A stretch of DNA of 64,000 nucleotides, from contig OZ219786.1 of the NCBI GenBank assembly GCA_964291285.2, positions 640,001 to 704,000 of the forward strand. The letters are read 5' to 3'. Both the position numbers and the translations under genes were made by a program. The notes beneath the pieces are model-generated. The model was not told the DNA's origin. It did no database searches and saw only the letters and a list, made by a program, of their open reading frames with translations. Source of the stretch: Alphaproteobacteria bacterium. Its GTDB lineage: Bacteria > Pseudomonadota > Alphaproteobacteria > Bin95. Position 1 is the stretch's first letter. Every line of letters begins with the position of its first letter. This document shows, in pieces, positions 11,301 to 23,954 of this stretch.

Positions 11301-11499
11301 GCAGGCACACGCCTGTTTCCACTTCCTCGGGCGCAGCGCCCGGATAGTTCACCGTGATCAGCAGGGTGCCCAAGTCGACGGCGGGAAGACCCTCCTGGCG
11401 CAACTGCGTGACGGACAGGCCGCTGCCAAGCAGCAACAGCATCATCAGCATGTTCGCCGCAACGGGATTGCGCACGAACCAGGCGATAATGTGCTTCAC
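8338..11499 (-). CDS. RND efflux permease (AcrB/AcrD/AcrF family)
   Basis: 1053 aa; LVLGIVVDDAIVVGE, GVVVNSSLIL, RFRPILITSATTFAGLLP motifs. Confidence 0.93.
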   Translation of the reverse strand: MKHIIAWFVRNPVAANMLMMLLLLGSGLSVTQLRQEGLPAVDLGTLLITVNYPGAAPEEVETGVCLRIEETLEGAQGIERMESVSSEGICTVTLTLSASADAARVADEVKTRVASISTFPAEAKRPIVQRQTLRTTALEIAIYGHADERTLKELAQGVRDGIASIDGISQVELLYVRGDEISVEVSEQTLRRHGLTFDQIAAAVQRASLDLPGGAIRSGGGEIRLRTQGQAYRGDDLRGVVVVSGQDGTRLRLHEIANIVDGFREGITQARFDGHPAAMIKVYQVGNEDVVDIARRVRAHVEEARAGMPAGVQLEVWYDESDALRDRLAILLGAAAGGLALVLVLLALPLDFRLAMWVAAGIPVAILGALATFGPLGITISTLSVVAFILVLGIVVDDAIVVGERVYAHERSGKAPVAAAVDGTEEVAAPVIFGVLTTVAAFMPMLFTPGSIGKMFSIIGYIVIICLFFSLVESQLILPAHLAHRRRRAVAHANPRSGRWQRLQQRIGSSMDRLAQNVYGPALDRVLEWRHLVLASAVGVLILASGGILGGHIDVQFMPAVEGDRVVAQLEMPEGVDVDETARAARQIEAAALALRAELDEAYPELPSLIRHSFTSVGQVLGGAPGAPQSHTAEVVLSILPLSLRGDVSVTDLAGRWRKLTGPVYDSVRLTFSSSDLSVGDAIAFRLFGRNVADLAGAAAELRAELARLDGVADISDSFRSGKLEAKLQLRPDGEQFGVTLDMLARQVRQAFYGEEVQRVQRGAEDVRVMVRYPEAERRSLGDLENMHVRLGDGFEVPFGAVASVELGRGASSISRIDRRRVVTVSADVDRGVVSPESVIRRLETEILPQVLARYGGISYSFAGESEERASTYGSLLRLIPVALLTIYALLAIPLRSYVQPLVIMSVIPFGVVGAIVGHLVMGWPLIITSIFGLIALTGVVVNSSLILLDCINRQRRSGATVDVAVRTAGIVRFRPILITSATTFAGLLPLMTINNPATSFVVPMAISLGWGVLFATGTTLFLAPCLYLILEDIFPARPDPNSGVASMHGVDA

Positions 11500-12680
11500 T
11501 CGCGGCTTCCGTATTCCTGCGCGTCGTCCGCGATCCGCACGGACATGCCGTCCACCACAGCTTGCAGCACGGAGATGCAGACGCGTTCGCCGGCGTCGAG
11601 CCCGGCGCCGATGTAAGCATCGTCGTCGCCGATACGCACCACTTGCACGGGACGGAACCTCAGCCGATCGCCCGCATCGACCACGAGCACCTGATTGCCA
11701 TCGCGAACCGCCGAGCGCGGCAGCACCACGATGTTGTCGAATGACCTTCCCAAGATCTCGGCATGCACGAACAACCCGAAGGGCGGCAGCAACAACCGGT
11801 CCTGGCCCCCCGCGCCACCGCCACGCGCGTCGATGCGTGCCACCACGTACACCATGCGGCTACGCGGGTCGATTTCTGCCTCGGCTCGCACTACACGGCC
11901 CTTCCAGCGGTGTTGCCGCCCGGCATATTCGGCGGTCAAGGTCACCGGCGGAGCGGTCGCCGGATCGAGTTCGCCGCGCTGCTCGCGCGGAAGGTCGAGC
12001 CAAGCCATTTGCCGATCCGCAACCGGCAAGCGCACTTCCACGTAATCCACTGCGTACAGAGTTGCGATAGTCGCACCGCGGCTCACGAAATTGCCGGTGT
12101 CCACCTGTTTCGCCTGCACCATCCCATCGAACGGAGCCCGCACTTCCGTGCGCGCAACGTCCAGCTCCGCTCGCTCGAGCGCCGCCTTCGCGTCGGCAAG
12201 CATGGCGTCGGCCACTCGCGCGGTCTGCACCCCCGCTTCCAGGGCGGCGCGACTGATCACCTAGCGCTCTTTCAGCTTCTGCAGCCGACGAAGTTCGAAC
12301 CAAGCGAACTGACGCTCCGCCTCAGCGCGGTCCACCGTAGCGCGCGCCCGATCCGCCTCGATGCGGTAGTCCCGACTGTCTATTCGCAGCAGTGGTTCGC
12401 CCGCCTCGAAATGGCCGCCGGTGACGAGACTGGCGGACGTCCAAACCACCATACCGGACACCTCCGACGTCAGGTCGGCCACGCTTCGCGGTGACACGGT
12501 CCCCTGGGATTCGACTACCATGTCCACCGGGCCGGGCCGCACATCGACCACCCGTACGAAGGGGAAGCCGAACTGCGCCTCGGCCAGCGGCAAGGGCGGG
12601 CTGGACATAGCCAGCGCGATCGCCGCGACGACGGAGACGAAAATTACCGCCAACGGTGCAAAGAGCTTTCGTACGATCAA
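11496..12680 (-). pseudogene. RND periplasmic adaptor (MFP) with in-frame TAG at 12261-12263
   Basis: ORFs 12261-12680 and 11496-12260 are one frame split by a single TAG; SEVSGMVV, EVRAPFDG lipoyl/hairpin motifs. Confidence 0.85.
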
Positions 12681-12764
12681 TGCGCAAGGCCCAGCCTGCT
12701 CACGCCTTTGACGATCTCCATTGTCCTGTCCTCCCTAGTCTTCAGTGCGTCCGCACACCGGTCC

Positions 12765-12938
12765 AAGGCGTCCCTGAAGTCGGCCTCGGCTACTTTGGAC
12801 CCGCCATGTGCGGCATAGTCGGTTTTAGAGTTGAACGGCGGGTTGCGACGGGTCGAGGTAGATCGGGTCCACCGACGCTGTGTTCATGCCCCGCCAAATG
12901 TCCGGGTTGTCGCCCGTCCAGATCGACCGCCTGAACCG
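12765..12938 (-). pseudogene. remnant of N6/N4 DNA methyltransferase N-terminus
   Basis: IWTGDNPDIWRGMNTASVDPIYLDP then, frameshifted, FNSKTDYAA...DFRD; resembles GDNL...SVDLIYLDPPFNS of beta-class MTases; boundaries approximate. Confidence 0.7.
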
Positions 12939-13429
12939 GCTCCGGACGCTTACGGACGCGCTCCCGAGGCCGGCCCGGTGCGGATCCCGGCCTTGTCCCT
13001 GTATGCCATAAGTCCTTGCCAGCACCGTGTCTCTCACCGCCGACGCGTGGCTCTGACGCCACGGCTGCACTGGTCATCCAAATCCACTCGAATACTCCAA
13101 TTCTCCAGCGATCTGCTTCCGGTCGCTCGAGTTCCGCAGCCCTCCCGGCATGGTGGTACCCGAAGGATAGAGGTATTTTATGCCGCTCTACAAGGCCACG
13201 AAAGCTTCGCGTATCGCTCGCCATAGCTCCTGTGGCAGGCCGGCTCGCGAGCGACGGCTCGCGCCCGGTACAGTCCAGATCGCAGCTTTCTCGCCCCGCC
13301 GCCGGAAAACCGCGGAACTTAGCGACCCCCTTCCGCCCGGCACGCTTCGCCAAGCGGGGTGGCGTCTCAGCCACTGGTCGATCATCGGTACGATCAAGCT
13401 GTTGATTTAGATCATGTTTCCTCTCCTTC

Positions 13430-13740
13430 TTGACCATCACGGCGCTCCGGCGCAGCTTGGCTGCCTGCTTGAAGGGATCCACCGGTGCAACCCGACCCGG
13501 ACGTGGCACCCGTCACGGGCCGGCTGACGGGTGGCAAATGGACCCATCCGACAGGATTGTCACGGCGGCGGCGCGGATGTTGTGATTCGCTTCCGGGCAT
13601 GCCGGACGAATCGGAGATCGACGCGCTGAAGGCCGTGCTGGCGATGGCAGAGGCCAATGCGACTGACGCCGAGGCGCGGCCACGGTTGCGGAGGCCGAGG
13701 TTTGCAACGCCGTGGCGAAGGTGTTGGACGCCGAAGCGCA
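13430..13740 (+). pseudogene. IS66-family remnant (tnpB 3' end and tnpC 5' end)
   Basis: AQLGCLLEGIHRCNPTRTWHPSRAG* resembles the IS66 TnpB C-terminus; followed by MPDESEIDALKAVLAMAEA, a TnpC-like coiled start; boundaries approximate. Confidence 0.6.
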
Positions 13741-13751
13741 GTTCGCCGCCA

Positions 13752-15090
13752 CGGAGGAAAGGTCAACCGCGGGATCACGATCACGCTCGAGAACGAGCCT
13801 TCGATGTTCTTCGCCTACAACAACGGCATTACCGCCACGGCCGAGCAGGTCGATATCGCGAACGAGGGAGGACAGCTGCTGCTCCGCGGTCTCCGCAACT
13901 TCCAGATCGTGAATGGCCGGCAGACGACCGCCTCCATTCGCGTCGCGAAGCTCCGGAAGCTCGATCTCGCCCGGACATTCGTGCAGATGAAGCTGTCGGT
14001 CGTGACGCCCGAAAGGGCGACGGAGCTGGTGCCGCGAATCTCCGAGTACGCCAACAGCCAGAACCGGGTCAGTGCAGCCGACTTCTTCGCCAATCATCCG
14101 TTCCATGTCCGGATCGAGGGATTTTCCTGCCGCATTCATGCGCCTTCTCCGGACGGCACCTTTCGGCAGAGCAAATGGTTCTACGAACGGGCCCGCGGTC
14201 AATATGCCGATGCCCGGGCCAACCTCACGCCCGCCCAGCGCAGGAAGTTCGACCTCGAGAGCCCCAGGAGCCAGCTCTTCACCAAGACGGATCTCGCAAA
14301 GTTCCTGAATGTCTGGGAGGGCCGCCCGCACGAGGTGAGCCTGGGTGCGCAGAAGAATTTCGCCGCTTTCGCACAGCGAATCGGCCGGGCCTGGAGAAAA
14401 TCCGCCGACGACTTCAACGAAGCCTGGTATCGCACGGCCGTCGCAAAGGCGATCATCTTCAAGTCCACGGAACGCATCGTGTCGGCGCAAACCTGGTACC
14501 AGGGCGGGTATCGGGCAAACATCGTCGCGCATACGATCGCGAAGCTCGCCCACGATGTCGCCGATCGGAACCGGGCGGTCGATTTCGAGACCATCTGGCG
14601 CCGACAGTCACTGGGGAGCGTCCTGGACGACGCCATTGCGATCGCTGCCACGGAGGTCCACGAGGTCCTCGTCCACCCACCTGCTGGCATAAGCAACGTG
14701 ACCGAATGGGCCAAGAAACAGGCATGCTGGGAACGAGTTCGAAACCTCGATATCGACTGGCCCGACGCTTTTCTTCAAGGACTAATTTCTGTTCAGGGAC
14801 AGAGAGATTCCGCACGAACCGCCCGTCGCGAACAACGAGAGCTGAACGGGATCGAGGCGCAGATTGCGGTCGTCAACGCCGGTGGCCAGTTCTGGTCGGA
14901 CGCACTGGCGTGGGGCCGGGCACGACGTTTGCTGACGGCGATGGAAACAGGAATTCTAGAGTTGGCTGCTCGGGTACCGACCCGGACGCCTACGGACAAG
15001 CAGTCGTCCAGGGCCATCGAGATCTTGGACAAGCTGAATGGGGAAGGATATTCGGGAGAGCTTCCCATCCCGTCAGAACAACCGAAGTAA
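13752..15090 (+). pseudogene. AIPR-family abortive-infection protein, 5'-truncated
   Basis: GKVNRGI..TLENEPSMFFAYNNGITATA, QIVNGRQT, ISEYANSQN, WFYERARGQY; N-terminal part replaced by the IS66 remnant. Confidence 0.8.
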
Positions 15091-15447
15091 AGGGAACGAA
15101 CGTGATCAACCTGGGCCTATCAGGGTCGGCATCACATAGCGACTGGGGCCATCCGTTCTGCGGACAGCTTCCACCATAGTCCCAACAAAAAGCAAGACAT
15201 ATCAATAGGCTGTAACGTCGATCAGCGTCCTATATGCCAGCTGACCCAACGGCCTTCGCAACGGTCGACGCCCGCTGCGTGACCTTCCGGCCGATAATGA
15301 CGCGAAATCCGTCGCGGGCAAATGTTGTCAGGTATCGCAGTCAATCCGTGGTCATGCCACAACCTATTGAAAACAAACCAAGTTTGAGAGACAGCGAAGA
15401 CGCCGGATGGTAGGCGTCAGGATTCCTACAGAAATTCCGATCCCCTC

Positions 15448-15537
15448 TGGCGGTGGGGGTGGGATTCGAACCCACGGTACGCTTGCGCGTACAACGGTTT
15501 TCGAGACCGCCCCGTTCAACCGCTCCGGCACCCCACC
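15448..15537 (-). tRNA. tRNA-Ser (anticodon CGA)
   Basis: GGTGGGG/CCCCACC acceptor stem, encoded CCA, anticodon loop CT-CGA-AA, long variable arm, GTTCGAATC T-loop; 90 nt. Confidence 0.97.
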
Positions 15538-15650
15538 GCTGACGGGTTGTCGCGCGGCTTCTTACAGTGAGGCACGCCCTGCGCCAACCTCTTTCTGCGG
15601 CGGATGCACGGCATCGCCCTGCCCGCCCGCGCGGCCGCAGGCCTTGTTGA

Positions 15651-18465
<2,815 letters not shown>

Positions 18466-18469
<4 letters not shown>

Positions 18470-19722
18470 GCGAAGACGCAATCGAAATCGTGGCCCGGCT
18501 CGGCCGGGAGGCGCGGGCAGCGGCGGACAGGCTGGCGGTGACGCCGGGCGAGGTGAAGGACCGCGCGCTCTACGCCGCGGCGGAGGCGGTGCGGGACCGC
18601 TGCCCGCGCCTGCTGGAAGCGAACGCCCGCGACCTGGAGGACGCGGCCCACCTGCGCGCCTCGCTGGCGGACCGGCTCCGGCTCGACGAGGACCGGGTCG
18701 AGGCGATCGCGCGCGGGCTGGAGGAGGTCGCCGGGCTTCCCGATCCCGTAGGCTCCGTCGCCGCCTCCTGGACGCGGCCGAACGGGCTGCGCTTCGAGCG
18801 CATCCGCACGCCGCTCGGCGTGGTCGGCATCATCTACGAGTCCCGTCCCAATGTGACCGCGGACGCGGGCGGCCTCTGCCTGAAATCCGGCAATGCGGCG
18901 ATCCTGCGCGGCGGGTCGGAGAGCTTCCATTCCAGCGCGGCCATCGTCGAGGCGCTGCACGAGGGACTGGCAGCGGCCGGCCTGCCGAAGAGCTGCATCC
19001 AACTCGTGCCGACGCGGGACCGGGCGGCCGTCGGGGCCATGCTCTCCATGCGCGGCGCGGTCGATGTGGTGGTGCCGCGCGGCGGCAAGGGGCTGATCCA
19101 GCGGGTGCTGGACGAGGCGCGGGTGCCCGTGATCGGCCATCTGGAAGGCCTCTGCCATGTCTATGTGGACGGCGCGGCGGACCTCGAGAAGGCGCGGCGG
19201 GTCGCGGTCAACGCCAAGATGCGCCGCACGGGCGTCTGCGGGGCGGCGGAAACCATCCTGTTCGACCGCGCCGTCGTCGAAAGTCACATGCCGGCGATCC
19301 TCGAAGACCTGATCGCGGCGGGCTGCGAGGTGCGCGGCGACACGGAAGTCTGCGCGGCGGACGGGCGCGCGTTGCCCGCCGGCGAGGAGGACTGGAACAC
19401 GGAATATCTGGACGCCGTGATCTCGGCCCGGGTGGTGGACGGCGTCGAGGAGGCAGTCCGCCATATCCAGCGCTACGGCTCCCGGCACACCGACACGATC
19501 CTGACCGAGAACGATGCAGCCGCGGCGCATTTCCTCGCCCATGTGGACAGCGCCATCGTGCTGCACAACGCCTCCACGCAATTCGCGGACGGTGGCGAGT
19601 TCGGCTTCGGGGCGGAAATCGGCATCTCGACCGACAAGTTCCACGCCCGCGGCCCGGTCGGGGCCGAACAATTGACGAGTTACAAATATGTGGTGCGGGG
19701 CGACGGCACGGTGAGGCCCTGA
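18466..19722 (+). CDS. proA: gamma-glutamyl phosphate reductase
   Basis: [44 protein letters not shown]. Confidence 0.97.
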
Positions 19723-19725
19723 GCT

Positions 19726-20724
19726 GTGCGGCCGGGGCGCGTTCGCGCCGCGTCGTCGGCCGCGCGTGTCCGCATCGCGCCGTCGACGGGCCGGATCGGC
19801 CTTCTCGGTGGGTCCTTCAACCCCGCCCATGCCGGCCACCGGCATATCTCGCTCGAAGCGCTGAAGAGGCTCCGCCTCGACCGGGTGTGGTGGCTGGTGT
19901 CGCCGCAGAACCCGCTCAAGGAGGAGGATGGCATGGCGCCGCTGGCGGAGCGCGAAGCGGTCGCCGCCGCCGTCGCCGACCATCCGCGCATTGCCGTATC
20001 CTCGCTCGAGACCGGCCTCGGCACCCGCTATACGATCGACACCGTCCAGGCGTTGAAGCAGCGGTTCCCGGCGGCTGATTTCGTCTGGCTGATGGGGGCC
20101 GACAACCTCCGGCAACTGCCCCGCTGGCGGGACTGGCAGCAACTGTTCCGCGAGGTCCCGATTGCCGTCTTCGCGCGCGCGCCCTATCATGCGAATGCGG
20201 CTTCCGGCATAGCGGCGCTGCGGTTCGCAAGGGCGCGGCTGCGCCCGGAACGCTCCGCGCTTCTGGCCGGCGGCAAGCCCCCTTTGTGGTGCTACCTGCC
20301 GGTCCGCCGCCACCCGGCGTCCGCGACGGCTATTAGGAGTCTCCGTTCGTCGATGCAGACATTCATGGCGACCGCGCCCGCACCGCCCGGCGATCCCGAC
20401 CTCATGGGGGCCGTGCGCGCGGTACTGGACGAAATGAAGGCGCTCGACGTGGTGGAAATCGATATGCGCGGTAAGACGGCCGTCTGCGATGACATGGTCG
20501 TCGCCTCCGGCGGCTCGCAGCGCCATGTCCAGGCGATCGCCGACAAGCTGGTCGAGGCGCTGAAGCCGATGTTGCCGGCGGTCCCGCCGGTCGAAGGCGC
20601 GGCCCAGGGGGACTGGGTGCTCATCGACGGCGGCGACGTCATCGTCCACCTGTTCCGCCCGGAGGTCCGCGACTTCTACCGTCTCGAGAAGATGTGGGGC
20701 TCGCTGCCGCAGGAGCGCCCCTAG
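19726..20724 (+). CDS. nadD: NadD (nicotinate-nucleotide adenylyltransferase) fused in frame to ribosome silencing factor RsfS
   Basis: GGSFNPAHAGH, WLMGADN, SATAIR, then with no stop KALDVVEID...DWVLIDGGDVIVHLFRPEVRDFYRLEKMW. Confidence 0.9.
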   Translation: MRPGRVRAASSAARVRIAPSTGRIGLLGGSFNPAHAGHRHISLEALKRLRLDRVWWLVSPQNPLKEEDGMAPLAEREAVAAAVADHPRIAVSSLETGLGTRYTIDTVQALKQRFPAADFVWLMGADNLRQLPRWRDWQQLFREVPIAVFARAPYHANAASGIAALRFARARLRPERSALLAGGKPPLWCYLPVRRHPASATAIRSLRSSMQTFMATAPAPPGDPDLMGAVRAVLDEMKALDVVEIDMRGKTAVCDDMVVASGGSQRHVQAIADKLVEALKPMLPAVPPVEGAAQGDWVLIDGGDVIVHLFRPEVRDFYRLEKMWGSLPQERP

Positions 20725-21207
20725 ATGCGCTTCGCCGTGGTCGCGGTCGGCCGGATGCGCGGCGACCCGGCAGCGGCGCTGTTCGAGCGCTACCGCAAGC
20801 GGTTGCGGGCGCCGCTCTCGGTCACGGAAATAGAAGTTCCGGCCGGGCCGGCGCGCGCCCGCCGCGAAGGCGAACGCCTGCTTGCCGCGGTGCCGACGGG
20901 CGCTGCGGTCGCGGTACTGGACGAGGGCGGCGAGATGCTCTCCAGCGAGGGTCTCGCCCGGCGCCTCGCAAGCTGGCGCGACAGCGGGCGGCGCGATTGC
21001 GCGTTCCTGATCGGCGGTGCCGACGGACATGGCGCCGATGTTCTGGAGAAGGCCGATTTCCGCCTCTCGCTCGGGCGCATGACATGGCCCCATCTCCTCG
21101 TCCGCGCTATGTTGGCCGAGCAGCTCTACCGGGCGGAGACGATCCTCGCCGACCATCCCTACCACCGGGGCAGGCAGAAGCCGGCCTTTCGCGCCGGCGC
21201 CAATTGA
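20725..21207 (+). CDS. rlmH: 23S rRNA (pseudouridine-1915-N3)-methyltransferase
   Basis: LDEGG, FLIGGADG, MTWPHLLVRAMLAEQLYRA..I..HPYHR. Confidence 0.96.
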   Translation: MRFAVVAVGRMRGDPAAALFERYRKRLRAPLSVTEIEVPAGPARARREGERLLAAVPTGAAVAVLDEGGEMLSSEGLARRLASWRDSGRRDCAFLIGGADGHGADVLEKADFRLSLGRMTWPHLLVRAMLAEQLYRAETILADHPYHRGRQKPAFRAGAN

Positions 21208-21286
21208 ATAAGCTGGGTGGGCGTCGCCCGCGCTTCGGGCCTGCCGGACCCCCTTCCGGCAGGCCGGGAAAGGACAGGTAACCGTT

Positions 21287-22531
21287 ATGGTCATTCGCTT
21301 TCTGGCCATCCTTGCCCTGGCGGCCTTCGCTGGTTCGGCTGCGGCTGAGGACGACGACAATTACGACCAGATCTCACTGTTCGGGACCGTGCTGGAGCGC
21401 ATCCGGGCGGACCATGTGGCGGAGCCCGAGGTCGAGGCGCTGATCGAGGCGGCCATAAACGGCATGCTCTCCTCCCTGGACCCGCACTCGGCCTATCTGT
21501 CGCCGCGCAGCTTCAAGGAAATGCAGGTCCAGTCGAAGGGCGAATTCGGCGGGCTCGGAATCGAGGTCACGATGGAAAACGGCCTGATCAAGGTGGTCTC
21601 CCCCATCGACGACACGCCGGCCTTCCGCGCCGGCCTGAAGCCGGGAGACCTGATTACCCATATCGACGACGAGGTGGTTCTGGGACTCACGCTCAGCCAG
21701 GCGGTGGACAAGATGCGCGGGCCGGCTGATTCGCCGATTACCGTCACCGTCCGGCGCGCAGGCGAGGCGCCTTTCGACGTCACCATCGTGCGGGCCGTCA
21801 TCCGCATCCAGTCCGTCCGCCGCCGTGCCGAAGGCGATGTCGGCTATGTCCGCATCACCTCCTTCAACGGCAATACGCTGACGGGGCTGGAAAACGCCGT
21901 TTCGCGCCTGAAGGAGGAGATCGGCGACGGGCTGAAGGGCTATGTGGTGGACCTGCGCAACAATCCGGGCGGGCTGCTGGAGCAGGCGATTTCGGTTTCC
22001 GATGCGTTTCTGGAACAGGGCGAGATCGTCTCCACGCGGGGCCGGGACGAGGATTCCGCCCAGCGCTTCAACGCAAAGCCGGGCGACATTGCGGGCGGCC
22101 TGCCGCTGGTGGTGCTCATCAATGAGGGGTCCGCCTCGGCATCCGAGATCGTGGCCGGCGCACTCCGGGACCACCGCCGCGCGATCGTCATGGGCACAGG
22201 CTCGTTCGGCAAGGGCTCGGTGCAGTCCATGATCCCGATTACGGGCCATGGCGCGCTGAAACTGACGACGGCACGCTATTACACGCCGTCCGGGGCATCG
22301 ATACAGGGCAAGGGCATCGAGCCCGACATCGAGGTCGAGCAGGCGGTGCTGTCGCCCGTCGAGGGCAGGCGCCGGGTTCGCGAGGCGGACCTGCGCGGCA
22401 CCCTCGACAAGGTCGAGACACCCAGCTCCGGGGACGAAAAGAAGCCGGCCGAGCGTTCCGACTACCAGTTGACGCGCGCGCTCGACCTTCTGCAGGCGCT
22501 GTCCTTCTACAACAGCGCCGCCTCGCATTAG
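21287..22531 (+). CDS. ctpA: carboxyl-terminal processing protease (S41)
   Basis: signal peptide, LDPHS, PDZ domain, DLRNNPGGLL, SASASEIVAG, FGKGSVQ. Confidence 0.93.
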   Translation: MVIRFLAILALAAFAGSAAAEDDDNYDQISLFGTVLERIRADHVAEPEVEALIEAAINGMLSSLDPHSAYLSPRSFKEMQVQSKGEFGGLGIEVTMENGLIKVVSPIDDTPAFRAGLKPGDLITHIDDEVVLGLTLSQAVDKMRGPADSPITVTVRRAGEAPFDVTIVRAVIRIQSVRRRAEGDVGYVRITSFNGNTLTGLENAVSRLKEEIGDGLKGYVVDLRNNPGGLLEQAISVSDAFLEQGEIVSTRGRDEDSAQRFNAKPGDIAGGLPLVVLINEGSASASEIVAGALRDHRRAIVMGTGSFGKGSVQSMIPITGHGALKLTTARYYTPSGASIQGKGIEPDIEVEQAVLSPVEGRRRVREADLRGTLDKVETPSSGDEKKPAERSDYQLTRALDLLQALSFYNSAASH

Positions 22532-22551
22532 AGGAGGCGCGCGCAAAAGCG

Positions 22552-23049
22552 GTGAGCGTTCGTCCCCCTGCGGGCTACCGGGCCAATGTCGGAATCGTGC
22601 TGGTGAACCCGGCCGGCGAAATATTTGTCGGCCGGCGCCGTGACACGCCGGACGCCTGGCAGATGCCCCAGGGGGGCATCGACAGGGGCGAGACGGTCCG
22701 CGCCGCAGCCGCGCGCGAGCTTGCCGAGGAGGCCGGAACCGACAAGGCCGAGGCGGTCGCCGAAACGCCCGGCTGGCTCACATACGAGCTGCCGGGAAAC
22801 CTTGCCCGGCGCCTCTGGGGCGGTCGCTACCGGGGGCAGGCCCAGAAATGGGTGCTGATGCGCTTTACCGGAACCGACGCCGATATCGACCTCTTCCGGC
22901 ACAGGCCGCCGGAATTCGACGCTTGGCGGTGGGTTTCGCCGCCGGAGTTGCTGGCGAGCATCGTCGCCTTCAAGCGCCCCGTCTACGAACAGGTGCTCAC
23001 CGCCTTCGCCGACGACCTTCAGCGCCTGCGGGAGCGTGGCCTGGCATAG
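22552..23049 (+). CDS. rppH: RNA pyrophosphohydrolase (Nudix)
   Basis: YRANVG, WQMPQGGID..E...AAARELAEE, GQAQKW, FKRPVY. Confidence 0.92.
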   Translation: MSVRPPAGYRANVGIVLVNPAGEIFVGRRRDTPDAWQMPQGGIDRGETVRAAAARELAEEAGTDKAEAVAETPGWLTYELPGNLARRLWGGRYRGQAQKWVLMRFTGTDADIDLFRHRPPEFDAWRWVSPPELLASIVAFKRPVYEQVLTAFADDLQRLRERGLA

Positions 23050-23161
23050 GCCGGCAGCCGCCGTCCGGCACCCGTATTGACCCGCCCGGACGGAGCGGGT
23101 TTGATCCTCGAGGTTTTTCCGAGGGTTGCACGGCTGCGCCCGGGGCAAGCGGAGGGCAGGC

Positions 23162-23953
23162 ATGAGCCGTCGCATCGTCGATATTTCGGTTGCGTTGAAG
23201 GCCGGTATTGCGAGCGACCCGCCGCATATGCTGCCCGAGATCGACTATCTGGACCACCACGACACCGCGCCCGCCATGGCCGAGTATTTCGGCGTCGGCG
23301 TGGACGCGCTGCCGGACGGCGAATACGCCGCCGTCGAGAAGGTCCGCATCTCCACCCACAACGGCACGCATCTGGATGCGCCCTGGCATTTCTTCTCGAC
23401 GATGAACCACGCGCTGAAGGAGGGCGGCGAGCCCTCCTGGCGGATCGACGAGGTGCCGCTGGAATGGTGTTTCCAGCCGGGCGTCAAGCTGGATTTCCGC
23501 CATTTCGAGGACGGCTATGTGGTGCAGCCGGAGAATGTCGAGGCGGAGCTCGACCGGATCGGCCATGCGCTGCAGCCGCTGGAGATCGTGCTGGTGAACA
23601 CCCGCGCGGGCGCGCGCTACGGCGAGGAGGACTTCATCCATGCCGGCTGCGGCATGGGCAAGGCGGCGACGCTCTGGCTGCTGGAGCGGGGCGTACGCGT
23701 CACCGGCACCGACGGCTGGAGTTGGGATGCGCCCTTCTCATGGACGAGGGAACGGGTGCAGGAGACGGGCGACGCCGGCCTGATCTGGGAAGGCCACCGC
23801 GCCGGGCGCGAGATCGGCTATTGCCACCTGGAGAAGCTGAGTAACCTCGAAGCCCTGCCGGCGGACGGCTTCCAGGTCGCCTGCTTCCCGGTCAAGGTAC
23901 ATCGCGGTTCGGCAGGCTGGACGCGGGCCGTTGCGATTCTCGACGGAGACTGA
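23162..23953 (+). CDS. cyclase / kynurenine formamidase-family metal hydrolase
   Basis: HNGTHLDAPWH motif, GTDGWSWD. Confidence 0.9.
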   Translation: MSRRIVDISVALKAGIASDPPHMLPEIDYLDHHDTAPAMAEYFGVGVDALPDGEYAAVEKVRISTHNGTHLDAPWHFFSTMNHALKEGGEPSWRIDEVPLEWCFQPGVKLDFRHFEDGYVVQPENVEAELDRIGHALQPLEIVLVNTRAGARYGEEDFIHAGCGMGKAATLWLLERGVRVTGTDGWSWDAPFSWTRERVQETGDAGLIWEGHRAGREIGYCHLEKLSNLEALPADGFQVACFPVKVHRGSAGWTRAVAILDGD

Positions 23954-23954
23954 G

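Noticed and set aside
15231-15245. TATATGCCAGCTGAC matches the reverse complement of 40628-40642 at 13/15
   Set aside because: Too short; such matches are expected by chance in 64 kb. Revisit only if the integrase-pair ends are defined
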